From NCBI GenBank assembly GCA_037447605.1, contig CM074809.1, forward strand, positions 3,896,689 through 3,960,688: a stretch of 64,000 bases of DNA, written 5' to 3'. Within the stretch, counting starts at the first letter, position 1, and the number at the start of each line of letters is the position of its first letter. The notes under the pieces are model-generated. The model was given only the letters and a program-made list of their open reading frames with translations, was not told where the DNA came from and ran no database searches. Made by a program: the position numbers and the translations under genes. Source of the stretch: Zygnema circumcarinatum SAG 698-1b (Eukaryota > Plantae > Zygnematophyceae). Below are positions 24,026-37,010 of this stretch, in pieces.

Positions 24026-27000
24026 TGTAGCGTAACGGAGCTGCGTTCGACGGATCCGCGTCCGTTCAATTGTACTTGACATATGCCTCTTCCGTGTCAC
24101 GGATCAACGGGATCCAGGAGCTGCCAACGGAGATTGAGAGTAGGCGGCGCCATGCGTTGGCGGCCCACGGAACGGCACACCATCCAGCAAGGCGCACTCG
24201 GAAGCGCCGCAAGATGCCGCCGATAATCATTCGTTGACCTATCCGAAGGCTCCACGTAGTCAGTCAGGCCTCTCAGTGGGCAGTTAGCCAATCAGAGGCT
24301 GTCACTGCTAGGACTCAAGATCTATTGTCAGAATTAAGTAGATGGGATGTCAGTGATGCTTCTTTGTCTTTTAGTGCTGGGCTTAGTATTTGTATTTGCT
24401 GTGTGGTTTGTTGTCTTGTTCTTCTTTCTTCTTTGCCTTCCTCTTCAGTTACAGCAACAGATGCTAAGTAAGAGAGAGAGAGAGAGAGAGAGTTCCATGC
24501 CATAGATAGAAAGAGAGAGGAGAAGAGTCTTCTTGCTGATAGCATTTAGACGTCCCATTCAGCCCAGCTAGACAAAGATTTCAGTGAGAAGACAATTTCA
24601 TTGTAATGACATTCCCCNNNNNNNNNNTCCTCACTCTCATCCCAACGCCCAACGTGCGGATCATCGTCAATGTATGGCTCAACGGTCATCCCAGCAAAGC
24701 CATGATCGACACGGGGGCTATGCGCACGGTTCTGTCCAAGCCTGTGATGAAGGCGGCAGGGGTCAAGTTGGACAAGACGCTTGAGCCCATCCCCCGATAT
24801 GTGGGAGTTGAAGGGAGCTTACATGAAGGATTGGGAAGCGCCCAAGTGGTCATCAGTCTTGGCGAGATGGGAGCCACAGTGAATGCAGTCATCACAGCCG
24901 CTGAACACTATTCTATTCTGCTGGGCTCAGATTGGCTCATTGCGATGGGAGCGCAAATCGACTTTGCTACATGTAAACTGCACCTATCTGCTGGCGGGAC
25001 AGACTGCTCCTTCCCCATCATCCTCGAGTCCCTTACCACCTCCGCCTACCCCAAGCGCCACGCCACGGCGCAGGTCTCCTACCCGGAGATCACTATGTAC
25101 CATTCAGTCGGCAGCCCCCCTCCTCCTCATGGATCGGCCAATTCTGATACCGACGACGAGACTCCCACTCCTTCTCGAGGTCCGGCTCACCGGTATGCCC
25201 GGCGGAGGAAACTCTTAGCCGCCGGTGATACACCGCACCCAGCTTTCCCCAGCATGCTGTGAGACCATCGGTGATGAGAGTGGTGGAAATAGAGGCGGGG
25301 TCGCGATTGGGACGCGACTCCTCGGGGCCGTCAAAAAACATTCCCGGCTTCGCCAAGTCTTTAGCGAAATCACCTAGTTTTTCGCGAGACATTCACTTTC
25401 GACATCGGCAAGACTCGCGATTGAGCACCATTGATCACGGGAGATCGCCTCAGTGATGACCACGACTCCTACCGCTTTTCAGCGTGCCCGGCGGCGATGT
25501 CGAGCGACAGATCGGCGAAGCGTGGCTGCGGATTGATGGGGAACCTGGAGAAGAGGTAAGGCGATAACCCGGCGGATTACGCCCCAAAGCAGATGGGTAC
25601 ATAAAGCTTACGTGGGGACTACGGGCGGATGCACGCGAGTGGGATCACACACATTACGGATGTGGACTGATTCTCCGCAGTCTCAGCCGATGGTTCCTGC
25701 GACCTGGACATCACCGAAGTCCTTACGGCGGATTCCCCTGCGCGACAGGCGTCATTTGCAAGGCGAGCCGCCGCGGCTGGCGGCATTGCAATGGGCGATC
25801 TTACCGACCGGGCTCAAGAATTCCAGCCCGGACTCACCGGTACTGGCCAGCAGTGTTGGCCTACGTGGGTGCCTTCTGGCGAACCTTATGTGGATGATGC
25901 CCCGATCCGCAGCCCGAAGGCTGATCCTCCCGCTGTAACCGTTGAGTCTACTGGCAATTTCGTCGATCTTGGCGTCGAAGATTGCACCCAAAGTGCAAAT
26001 GGGGCCATCGGAGATCACTCATCTGACGCTTCTCGGCGTCGATGGCACGAAACCTACTTTCGACAAGATTAGGCGATGCAGCCACTGCGTGCAGATTCAA
26101 ACCCTAACTTCGGCTCAAAGTCCTTCTTGGGGCTCACACCTCATTCTATCGTAGGTTCATCAAAGAGTACATGCCGCACTCGCGTCCCTCCGTACCTTGG
26201 AGAAGCTGCAGTCCGATCTGAATGGCTGGCCCTTGAGATTTAACCTTCCACTTGCAGCATCAGAGTGCCCTCACACTCGAGCTCCTTGCACGCATCAATT
26301 CGACACAACCTTCCCACCATTATTGTATTTGGCCCGGAGTCGGGCAGGGCTTTTAAGAGGCGTGTGACCCAGCATTCTCGAGATAGAACGCCCGATCCAG
26401 TTGATTATGCAAGCGAGATACGGTGAGAAAGCAGACGAAGTACTAGCGGCCCGAGGGAGGAGAGGCCGCGGCTATCCTCACGGGCACTCGAGAGTTCAAG
26501 CTCTTCCGCGGCATACCCGGCTGTTATCATCGGTTGCGACCACGTATTGCCTACGGCAGAGCGTCATGGCGCCCTCAGGCCTAAGTTTGCGCGATGGGTG
26601 ATGAAGTTGGAGGAGTATAACGTCTTAAGGTCACCAGCCCGTCAGTAGTCGGCCCGATCTTGGCGGCCTCGGTCGCGAATCTGCGGCTCCCCTCCTGCAA
26701 TCACCCGATCGGCGTTCACGGGCCCATTCCTCCGCCCGCCCTCTTGAACCGAAGCGTCTTCCATTGAGATTTTTATTGCAGCTCAAGCCACGCATGGCGT
26801 CTGACCAGCGAATGGGCTGATCGATATTAAAACCCGCGAGCCACCACCCTCCATCGGCGGGAGGACCGCGACTTCACCCGCGGCCACCCCGTGCGGATCA
26901 GGTGGGCAATCCTCTCATGGATAGCCCGATGGCGGCAGCTCCCTTACTCCCTCCACATTTCCCGAGCGCCCGATGGCACGTCCGTTCGGACTCCTCCGCC

Positions 27001-28851
27001 TGGCGTACGTCGCGGCCAGCGCGTGCCCCCCACTTTATCGGACACGAGAGGGCACCGGCACAACTCGCCCATCTCGGAACTTCTACATTGATGATGGCCG
27101 GGCGGTCTGATTACCTCTACTCTGGCCTTCTGTTCCTTTCCCCGATGAGCATGGAGATTCTCGATGTAGCCGATTCCCGGCCAGTTCACTTCGGCGGGGA
27201 AGAGGATGGTGGCTGCACCTTTCTGAAGGGAACGCTCTTATTGGCCCGAAGGCACCAATGGCGCTGATGTGCCTTCTGTTACAACTATAGCCAGCCCTTG
27301 CTTGGCGGTAGCCTGTTCTCCCCCGGCCTTGACCTTGAGATGGGTGAGATCCCAATCTGGCGTGTAGGGCTAACATCGGCGCCTTTACATCCCAATTTCC
27401 GGCACCCCCCTCACGGCTACATTCGGGTCTTCACTGGCCGTGGGCGGATACACGAGAGTGGGTAGAAGTTAGCGCGTGAATCTAAGCATTCCGTCTGCTG
27501 CGCCTCACGGCGGCCATCATTCACGCCACTCTATACCTACTCTGTCCACTTTCGACCATGACACCGAATCTGAGGGCGTGCTTGGCCTCGTCACCGGAGA
27601 ACATCATTCACCACACCTCCGACCCACTCCCCTGGCGAGAATGGGGGCTGTGAGCGATACCATTCAGACGGTCAGGATGCGTCGCGTCGCGGCTGCTTGT
27701 AATTTGGAGGCAGGCTGGCGAGAAGGTCATCCCTCACTGGTCTTCCGCATTATATAACACCTCCCGTCCAACTCCTCCACGGAAAACCTCTCCACTAAGG
27801 CTTCTATGGCGAAGTAGCCCCGTATTCCCCTTGACCTCCTCTGCTGAGCCCCTCATGCTATACGATGGCCGCCTCCCCGGATCCGGGTCGCCCGGCCTGC
27901 GGCTCACGGCCTCGGCTTCCAAACCACAGATTCCATGGCCTCCGCCCACCTGCGACCGAGCACCACGAGGCGACAACTCACCCGACTTTGGGAAGCCCAG
28001 GCGTCTTCAGCTCTCCCATATGTCGGTATTAGCGCCACATCGGCTCATTTGGCTCGGGAATCTTGCCAAACCGACTCCACGGGCTAATCCGTGGTTGGGC
28101 CCCTTCATTTGTGTCGGTTCGTCGGAGATCCCGGGTTGGGCCATCATTTGGAAGGCGGACTCTGATGGAAACGCCGGCGCTGGCGTTCCGCATTTGGATC
28201 GACATTAGATCTTGGCGTCGGCCAGTCCTCCCGGAGTAGGCTGGCGTTAGCGACGGCCGGTAGCGGCCTCTCCGTACCCCCGCCATGGCGTGACTCCTCA
28301 TTGGTCCATTTCTAATTCCCGCCACTTTTTGCCGCTTCGCCCACATTGCGCCTGTCGGCCGTAACTTTCGAGTTCGAATTTGTCTTACTCCCTCCTCCAC
28401 CTCCGATCCCGCCGATACTCCCCATTTCCGAATGTACGCGGAAGCTTCTCCAGACGGCCGCCGACTCCTCTCGCGCGGTCCCCCTGTCCACGTCATCATG
28501 GGCCCCTCCCCTCCCCTTTGTCTCTTCTTCCTTGCGCCCGCAGGGGCGTGCGCTTGTTTTCCCCCCCCGGCATGTGCTACAGATGTAGCGTAACGGAGCT
28601 GCGTTCGACGGATCCNNNNNNNNNNNNNNNNNNNNNNNNNNNNNNNNNNNNNNNNNNNNNNNNNNNNNNNNNNNNNNNNNNNNNNNNNNNNNNNNTACCT
28701 CTGAATCCCCCGGATCCTGGCTCTATGCTGCAGGCAGACCCACAGAACCAACCCAACCCTTCATTAGTTTCAGCACGGACGCGCGTGTGGCCGTACAGCA
28801 TCTGCAACTAGCTCAGCAGTCTTCTCTTAACCCCACTTATCTTGTGCTACA
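24026..28851 (+). mobile_element. Ty3/Gypsy LTR retrotransposon, degenerate and gapped
   Basis: Termini TGTAGC...GCTACA; CTCA duplicated at 24022-24025 and 28852-28855. The LTR start TGTAGCGTAACGGAGCTGCGTTCGACGGATCC recurs at 28584. Internal order is protease, RT, RNase H, integrase. Confidence 0.85.
24628..28210 (+). pseudogene. Frameshifted Gypsy pol remnants
   Basis: Retropepsin AMIDTGAMRTVLS. RT thumb KSFLGLT/SFYRRFIKEY at about 26118-26170. RNase H KFARWVMKLEEYN at about 26583-26622. Integrase-like remnants to GPFICV at about 28100. Many small indels. Confidence 0.75.
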
Positions 28852-29309
28852 CTCACCTATTCTCCCCGCACGTGCCGCCGTCAGAGGCGCTCGCTCTTCT
28901 CCCCTTCTTCTTGGCTTCGATACGATACGATACGGTGCGATACAATACGAAACTCTCCGATACGGTACTATCCGTACTAGCCGTACGAGCTGTAGTAGCC
29001 GTTACGGGCTCGAATTTAAACTCTCCGAATTTTCCTGCCCTTGCCGCCGCAAGAGGCCACCATAGTGTCAGTTGCTGCGATACGCTACGGTACGACGCGG
29101 TACGATATGCCAGAAAACGATACGATACGATACGTACGAACATACATGAACTCTAACATAATTCCGCTCGCCTATTGGTAACACGGACCTTATATTTGCC
29201 AAAAACAATATTTTCGCCCGATTTTTGCCAAATGTAGGTGGAAAATATGATGGGGTCCTACTGTACAGACGAGAGCCGGTGTTAGGAGTAACAATCTGAG
29301 TTCCAATCG

Positions 29310-29510
29310 TCCACGTGGTGTCCGCTGATTGGTGCACGAGGTCCGCATGGAACTGGTCCTCCGTTGTCCCACGCGCGCCACGTGTCCTTCTCTCAGGCCT
29401 TGCCACGCTCGTGGGCGCTTCTGGTTGTTGCCACGTGGGCTCGCTCCTCATTGCGCCACGTGGCAGTCCTGAAGCGACGTGGCAGCCTCGAGGCCTCGCC
29501 ACGTGGCGCA
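29310..29510. promoter_or_regulatory. G-box (CCACGTG) cluster upstream of the eIF4A-like gene
   Basis: Five CCACGTG sites within about 200 bp, plus a GATTGG (CCAAT) box, directly before the ATG at 29513. Confidence 0.5.
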
Positions 29511-29512
29511 GC

Positions 29513-31679
29513 ATGAGCCACCGTGGCGCCCCCGCGCCGGCCAGCAGTCCCGCAGGGGGGAGCGACGCGGCCTCCGAGCGGTGGGCCTCTGCTCCCTCCC
29601 TCTCCCTCTCCCTCTCCCCTCTCCCTCTCCTCTCTCCCTCTCCCTCCCTCTTCTCCCTCCCCCTTTCCCTCTCTTCTCGCCCTCTCCCTCCCTCTCTCAA
29701 AAAAGGGATTTTTTGCTCGTCTTGTCCTTTTGGATGACCGCTTGCGAAGTGCTCTCACCCCCTGCATCACGCGGCTGAATGCAGCCATAGCAGCTCTGGA
29801 ACTGGAGGACATCTGAAGCATTACTATGTAGCGGTGGATCGCCAGCACTTCAAAATGGTAAGTCTTTATAGCTCACGTTTGCAGCGTTTAGAGGGGAAGC
29901 TGGAAACCAGCTACAAAGATATCAACAATAGTATCTTTCAGCATTAGCTGCAGTTCAGCCTGAACGTATTATTTCTGGTTGCTCACGCTCAACGCGTTTC
30001 TGATGTCATCTCTCGTCATCCAATCTAATCAATCCTTTTCCCCTCGCAAACGCTTGCGGTACATGTTAAAAGACCATTGAACTGATGAAAAATAGGTCAT
30101 GCACTCCTTGCGTCTATAGAGGAATTGCTCACACATGTTCCATGTGGTGCTGTTTTGCTTCTTCCAAATAGTGCCAACCTTTTGACAGAGAGAATGACAA
30201 CAACCCCTGCTACTGAGTGGAAGGGTTTTCAGGGTTCAGGGCACCTTGGTGGACCTTTTGGAGGTTTTAGGGCGGCGCCCTTCTCTCCCTCTTGCAGCTG
30301 CATGCAGCAGCCGGGATGTGCTGGACGCCCTTGTGACCGCCACGTCATCGGTACCCTTCCTCTCCGTCTCCTTTCTGATAAGTCACAGCGACCTCCCTGG
30401 GAGTCTCCCTTTTAGAAAAGAAAGGAGAGAGGAAAGGTTTTGCAGGAGGGAATATTAGCAGAACTTTGTAAGCAAGTTCTGCTTTACAAAAAAAACATGA
30501 CACACATGTGAAACACCGTGCATTTGTTGGAACGTCAACCATCATATGACTGTCTTAGATTTCTCTGATCCTGTTCTCAGCCTCTCTCTGCTTTCCACCA
30601 CAGTGACGAGGCTGAGTCGGAGAGGGCCGCTGTATTGGACACATTCCGTGGAACGGTGGCTGCATGGAACGACCTGACTGCAGAGAGAAAAGGGAACAGC
30701 CAGCACAGCTCAGACGAAGAGCTCCTTGCTTGTCTTCTAGTGGCCACGGATGCATGTCTGCCAAATCAGCAGCTGGGAGAGGCATCACTTGGTGCGCGCC
30801 TTCTTATCAATTATGACATTCCGGCAAAGAAGGTGTGTTGGTGTTATTCCTGCGTTCCTCTCTCCTTGTATGTATCACTCTCACTTGGGCTCGTACCCTC
30901 ACTCGTCTCTCACTCATATCTCACTGGGACTGCTCGGAAACTCCTCTCCAGGAGGCCTATTTAAGGCGCATCTCTGCCTGCTTGGGTAACTCAGGAGCGA
31001 CCAAAGCTCTCAGCAGCAGCCATGGCTCCCATAATGCTGGAAACACTGCCGGTATAACTTCTCTTCCCTTGTCATCCGTGGCAGCTTCACTGCAGTCGGA
31101 TTTTGTTAAATACCTTTAGCAGCGTTTGCTGTCCATTTTCCTTGGTTTCCGGTTTTACTTTATGTCGAAAGCCTCCTTGTGAATCATCCTGTTGTCATCA
31201 TTTACACTCTGTATGGAAGGGTTCCTGGAATAAGCTTTCGATGCTCCATCCACCACTCAACCCTAATTTCATGCCCTTCAGGAAAGGCTGCATGTGCAGG
31301 CGGCATAGTGATCAACCTGGTGGTGGCGGGAGAGGCGGCAGCGCTGCGCTACATGGAGGAGGCATGCGGCATTGTCATGGACGAGATGCCCATCCATGTG
31401 AGGGCACTCATCTGCATCATGGTCATGAGATGGTGATGCTGATGATGATGTGCTGCCATCACATGATGTACTACGCATGCATGCATGTGATGCATGACGC
31501 ATCATGCCACGCATGGCAGAAGACAGTTTGCAGGAGTCTGTGCGCCTCTCTCTTCTCAGCTTGTCCTGGATGAGCACTACCACAGAAGACAAAAAAAGGT
31601 CATGTCTGAAAACTGAAGAAACTGACGTATGAGAGTGGGGGATGTTGTGGCTTTATCTCAGATATCAGAAATGTTGTGA
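29513..31679 (+). CDS. eIF4A/DEAD-box C-terminal RecA-domain-only protein
   Basis: Exons read HLKHYYVAVDRQHFKM; ACSSRDVLDALV; LLVATDACLP...LGARLLINYDIPAKK|EAYLRRISACLG; GGIVINLVVAGEAAALRYMEEACGIVMDEMPIH|ISEML* (31679). The start at 29513 is inferred from a phase-compatible intron 29581-29790. Confidence 0.75.
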
Positions 31680-32697
31680 AGGGAGGGTGCGGACGCGGTA
31701 TTCAGGCGCACAGCGCAGGCATAAGATCGGCGTGCTTGCATGCATGGGCTGTTAGAGACGCATCCCTCCATGACGAGGGCTGAATAAGCTCGACAGAGCT
31801 CCTGTAAGGTTGGAAACCATCATGTTGAAGAGCTGCCGCTATTCGTCTCAGATGGGCATGTGTGCCATCATCATCCATCATGGGATGATGATGTATGTCC
31901 ATGGGACCATTGGGGGGACAAATGTCACGTCCCATGCCATGCGGTCGTCTCACATCCCACGTTGCTGAGTTGCTTTCTCAAACTATGAGCTATGGCGGAA
32001 TGGACCCATGTGGAACATGGCGTTGTGAACACAATTGAACAGGAATTCAACATTGGCAAAGCACCTATGTAACACTTCAATAAGCAATAGCTACCGCTAC
32101 CAGACTCTTCCCTTCTCTTCTCTTCCCTTGATCAATGCCACGTTCATTCACATCTTCCCTTGGAGTTACAAACTCATTGGCTTATAGGGGCCCCACTGCA
32201 ATGGATCGATGTTGAGGATGCGATCCATGCTAAAGTCCCGTGACAATGCATAAAAACTGTAACGGGAACAGAACTGGAACTGATGAAACTGAGCACATCG
32301 AACCCAGTCATCCGCCAAATGACCCTATCCGAATCCCCCGAGGCTTCCCGTTATCCAGATCTCGCGCTTGCCCCCTTTACCCCATTTGTACCCGTCGCTC
32401 GCTCGTGTGCGATATTCTGGTTCGCCCCCCGGGCAGTCACAAGCTGCCACGCGGCGACCCCCCATTGGTCGGCTCGCCAGCACGATCGCCTCTCAGCCAA
32501 TCGCGTGGCGCCGGCGGATAAGCCGCCCGCCGCCTCCCCTCCCTTTTCCGGCCCCCTTGAATTATCTCTCCGTCCAAGGCCCTTACCGCGCCTGCTTCAG
32601 CTCCTGCTTCAAATCCCTTCCAAAACCTCCGCCAAGCTCCTGCATTACAGCAGGGAACAACCTCTTTGAGGAAAAGGATAGTTGGAAGGAAGGAGCC

Positions 32698-33635
32698 ATG
32701 GCAGCCACCGCAGCATCTACTTTCGTCGGAGTGGTGGCTTCGGCCACCCCCGTGGCGGGCTTCCATAGCCTTGTTTCGTCGCGAGTGAGCTGCAGGCCAT
32801 CCATGGCGCCGATGAGGAATGTGAGGCTCGTGGTGCGCGCGGAGGACGCTGAGACCGCCGCCCCTGCGAAGCCTGCACCCGTTGGACCCGCTCGTGGATC
32901 AACTGTAAGGGGCCGACTCAGCCGCAGTGTTTAGGTCGTAGAGGGTGTGAAGAGACGGAAGCGGTTGAGGAAAGGCTCGTCGATAGCCTTATTTGAAAGG
33001 CGATACGGATCGGATGCTCTCGGTAGCGAGTGCTCCAAGTCGTATTGTTTTGATATGGCCTCGAGGGTAGACTTGTGAGAGTTGTGTGCAGGCTACTCTG
33101 AATACGCTGGATACTCTGCATTGGCGAAACTTAGTCGACTTTCAAGGCTTTCCTTAAGGTCTCCAGGATCTTTTTGACGGGCGTTCACTACCGTGTTGTG
33201 GTGTTGCAGGTGAAGATCCTGCGGCCCGAGTCTTACTGGTTCAACGACACCGGAAAGGTCGTGTCCGTTGACCAGGTGAGCTGAGGCGGATCATTGTTGG
33301 ATCGTCGATTCAATACTCAATGCGTAGACTACAGCTTTTTCTCTTCATCCAGAGGCCTTTTAAGACCACTCTTGACTTCCATCACATGCATTCAGTTTCT
33401 CCAGCGAGACTTGCTACTCAGCTTCTGATCGATGTGTTGCTAGTTGTCGAGCTCCCTATTGTTCTTCGATTAAGATGTTTCATCTCGATGAAGAAGGTAA
33501 GCCTGAAACGCTGTTTTCTTGCTGTTGGCTTTGCAGTCCGGCATCAAATACCCCGTGGTTGTGCGATTCGAGAAGGTGAACTACGCCGGAGTGTCCACGA
33601 ACAACTACGCCATAGAGGAGGTTGAGCAACTGTAA
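32698..33635 (+). CDS. psaE: Photosystem I reaction centre subunit IV with chloroplast transit peptide; exons 32698-32904, 33210-33275, 33537-33635
   Basis: ...LVVRA|EDAE...GPARGST|[22 protein letters not shown]|[32 protein letters not shown]. Confidence 0.97.
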
Positions 33636-34780
33636 ATTTATTTCATAGCAGCTACTAAAAAGTGTTATTAGGGTTTTGCCGATGTAGCTTTTTATGATGG
33701 AAAGTTCTGCAGGCTTTCAGGGTCCGTCTGCAGCCCTGAAGGTTGTGCAAAGATGCAGAGGTGACGAGAGGAAGAACAGATTGCGCTCCATGCATTTTTC
33801 CAACCAGTTTGTGGAGAAAAACCAGAGAGCTTGACCGTCAGGTCCCTTCTAGGCTCTTCGAGTGTGCTGTTCCCTCAGAGCAAGCGAGCGCAGGTTGATT
33901 GTCAGGGTCCCCCCATCACCATGCTGTTGTATTTATTTTGCGGCACTCACAAAAATATTTCTAGACAGGGCTTATTCTTGAGTGCATCCCGATGGTGTAT
34001 GATGATGTTCCTGGAATTTTTATATTAATTGTCCTTCCATCTCTGCTGATGGCAGGGCGCGGCATTGCTCGCTGCTCCTTGCAGGACTGGTTGTCATCAT
34101 TGAAGCATGCGTTGGATTGATGTTATGTTGCCATGGCATGCATTGATGTATCGGTCGTCATCCTCAGACGTGTCCGCATGTGGAATCGGCTTAAGGACGA
34201 TTTCAATGTGTTGTAATAATTTAAGGTTTTGATCTGAATCCAGTGGCTGGAAAGGATCTTCTTCTACCTGCATACACCATTTTTTTTTTAAAGTAATTCA
34301 GAGCTACTGTGATCATTCAGTTAAGAACCACCAAAATAATAGTTGACGGAATTTAAGTGAACATTCGTGATGTTTGCAACGTGGACAGTTTGTTATTCCA
34401 TATGGACCACTGAGCTCGCACTCGCTGAAAAATCCGAAAAAAGTTTTAAAGAATAAGAAACGAATATCGGGAAGCAGAAATCATCATTTCAGACATGCAA
34501 ACCAAAGAAGCTACTTCGTAAGAGACAATTTACAATTCTTCGGCACTTCTTTATAATAAAAGAACAGGAATGTCGTCTTTCAAATCATACATGTTACAAT
34601 CAAATAATCGAAGTTGCAAAATCTCCATATATCGACTCTCTTACGTCATCTTAAAACAGGCAGAGCCATTCAATGTGAATGGTAAACTAAGCTGAATACT
34701 GAGCCAAAAAATTAGCAATGCAGAACACCTGTAATGCCCAGACGTAAACAATAAATCCTGAACCCTTGCAGCTCCGTCTG

Positions 34781-36962
34781 CTACTCCCACACACCTGCAG
34801 CCGGAACCTCTTCTCCTCTCTCACTCACTCCCACGAGCTCTGCCTCTCCCACCTCTCCGTGTGCTCTCCCGTAGGCAGTCTCTCCCCTCTCTCTCTCCCT
34901 CCCCTCCACTGCCTCCAAGTACTCCATCGTGAGGGGATCTGTCCATGGCGCCCCAAAGGGAGCCCCCTCCCCCGCCACCCATCCAAGATGGCCGCCGTAC
35001 GGCGTCACCACGAGCATAACGTTCGGATTAGCCTGCAACAAAAACACACACGTGAAGCCAAACTGTGGTTAGCAATTCTTGGCATTCTGAGCCAAATCAT
35101 GGTAAAGCTCACGCTCAGTCAAAATGTGGTTAGCCATTCTAAGCACCACATTGTAATCACACTTAACATCATACTTGGATTGTTTCAGCATCGTCAGAAT
35201 TCTTTCAATTTCATGATGGTATATGACTTATCAGGTTATGAACTAAGTTGAGTTGATTTCAGTGTTACCTTAATGTCGTGGAGAGGTACGCCTTCAATCG
35301 GGGCGATGGGATCATCTTTTGCCTGAACAACCCCCGGAAACCCACACCTCTCAAAACCACCACAAAAAAAGAAGCAAAACAAAAAAAAAAAAAAAAAAAA
35401 AACAATAGGGGAAGGAAATAGTAAAAGGTATTTCAACCTAATCCTTTACTCGGAAATTGGAAATCATTTTTTTTTTTTTTTCACATAAAGATTTCATCAT
35501 TGCAAGACGTGCGAGAAGGAGAGCGTCTCCTGTGGCAACACCTGATGACTCATGTTTTTTTTTTCCAAATCAGGGAAAAAATCAATTTCTTTTTTAGTTT
35601 GCATTGAAGAATGAAATGTTTCATTCTGACCTGAATGCACAAAAGCGGAATTTTGACGTGTTTGATCATCCGACTGCTGCTCGCGTCGTAGTAATAATCG
35701 TCCACTGTCTTGTATCCAAACGAAACTGCTTATAGAATATGTATATATATACAGAGAATCGTCAATACGGATGTCAGCAAACAAACGGATTTTTTGGATT
35801 CTTTTTAAGAGATTCCACTGGAGGGTTAAAGGGGGTCATCTCCTCCACTTCCCCAATTGGTAGGAAAGGAACAGTTTGGGGCTTCGGAAAGTGAGGGAGA
35901 GGGAGAGGGATGACGAAGCAGAAAGAGTGGAGGAGAAAAGAAGGCAAAGGAAAAAGGAGGTGAGAATATGGGAGAGGAAAGAGGAGGGAGCGAAGGAGGA
36001 AGAGAGCAGAGAAAGAGAGAGAGAGAGAGAGGGGTAGGAGGAGGTGGAGACAAAGGAAGATAGTGGGAGTAGACGAGATGGGGAGAAAGTGCGGGAAGAG
36101 GGTGAGGAAAGGAAAGAGAGTGGGTGGGGGAGAGGGGAAGAGATATATATATAGAGAGAGAGAGAGAGAGTGAGAGGAGTGACTCTCCCACCTCGAGTCA
36201 GGCCATCGTCAAATTCCCGAACAGTCTTCGCTTGTGCAACAAGTGGAATGTTGTATTCTCCTCCGATTTCTTCGAAAAGAGCAGAATGTCTGGGACCCAG
36301 CAGCAACAAAAGGACTAAATATGAATATTCTTCAACCCTAAAAACCTAAAAACCCTAGATCTAAAACTTAGGCTCTCCTAAAACCTGGCCTCTAAAACCC
36401 TGAAACCTAACACCCAGCGCACCTTCAAAACTGCAAATCCCTCATTCTAAAGCACAAAAAGATTGGCCTTAAATTCATAAGAGACCTAAAATTCCAGAGC
36501 CTAACCCTAACCCTAACCCTAATCCTAAAATACCTCTACCTACCTAAGGAAACTTGAGAATCCAAAACGCAACGAAAGGTTCACTTGATCAAAAAAGTTA
36601 AGCAGAGGAAATTTTATTGGGAAAAAAATAGGAGAACTATATACCGCCCCCTTTTTTGGTTATCCCGCCACTGTTTTTTTTGAAATCCGACCCTCCCATT
36701 TCGGCTATTCTGCCCCCCTCCCCCATTTTGGATATTTCGGGAGGAGATCGCCCCCCTTTTTTGAATATTTCTTTCCCGCCCCTCCCGTCCGCTCCCCTCC
36801 CCTCCCCTGCCCTCCCCCTCCCCTCCCCCTCCCCTTCCCTCCCCTTCCCTGCCCTCCCCTCCCGNNNNNNNNNNCTTGGCTCTCGCTCCTTTGCTCTCTC
36901 TCTCTCTTCTCTCTCCTTTGCTCTCTCCTCTATACTCTCTCTCTTCGGCTCTCGCTCCTTCG

Positions 36963-37010
<48 letters not shown>

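Larger units (their letters stand above)
23824..29263. mobile_element. Second copy of the pogo-like MITE (inverted relative to the first), split by an LTR retrotransposon
   Basis: TIR CAGTAGGACCCCATCATATTTTCCACC at 23824 and its reverse complement ending at 29263. TA TSDs at 23822-23823 and 29264-29265. Removing the insert leaves about 610 bp collinear with 14763-15340. Confidence 0.88.

Noticed and set aside
31400-31515. CATG/CATC-rich runs resembling RY elements (also 51880-51970 and 55550-55615)
   Set aside because: Low-complexity sequence in an intron or flank; a regulatory role cannot be supported from sequence alone.
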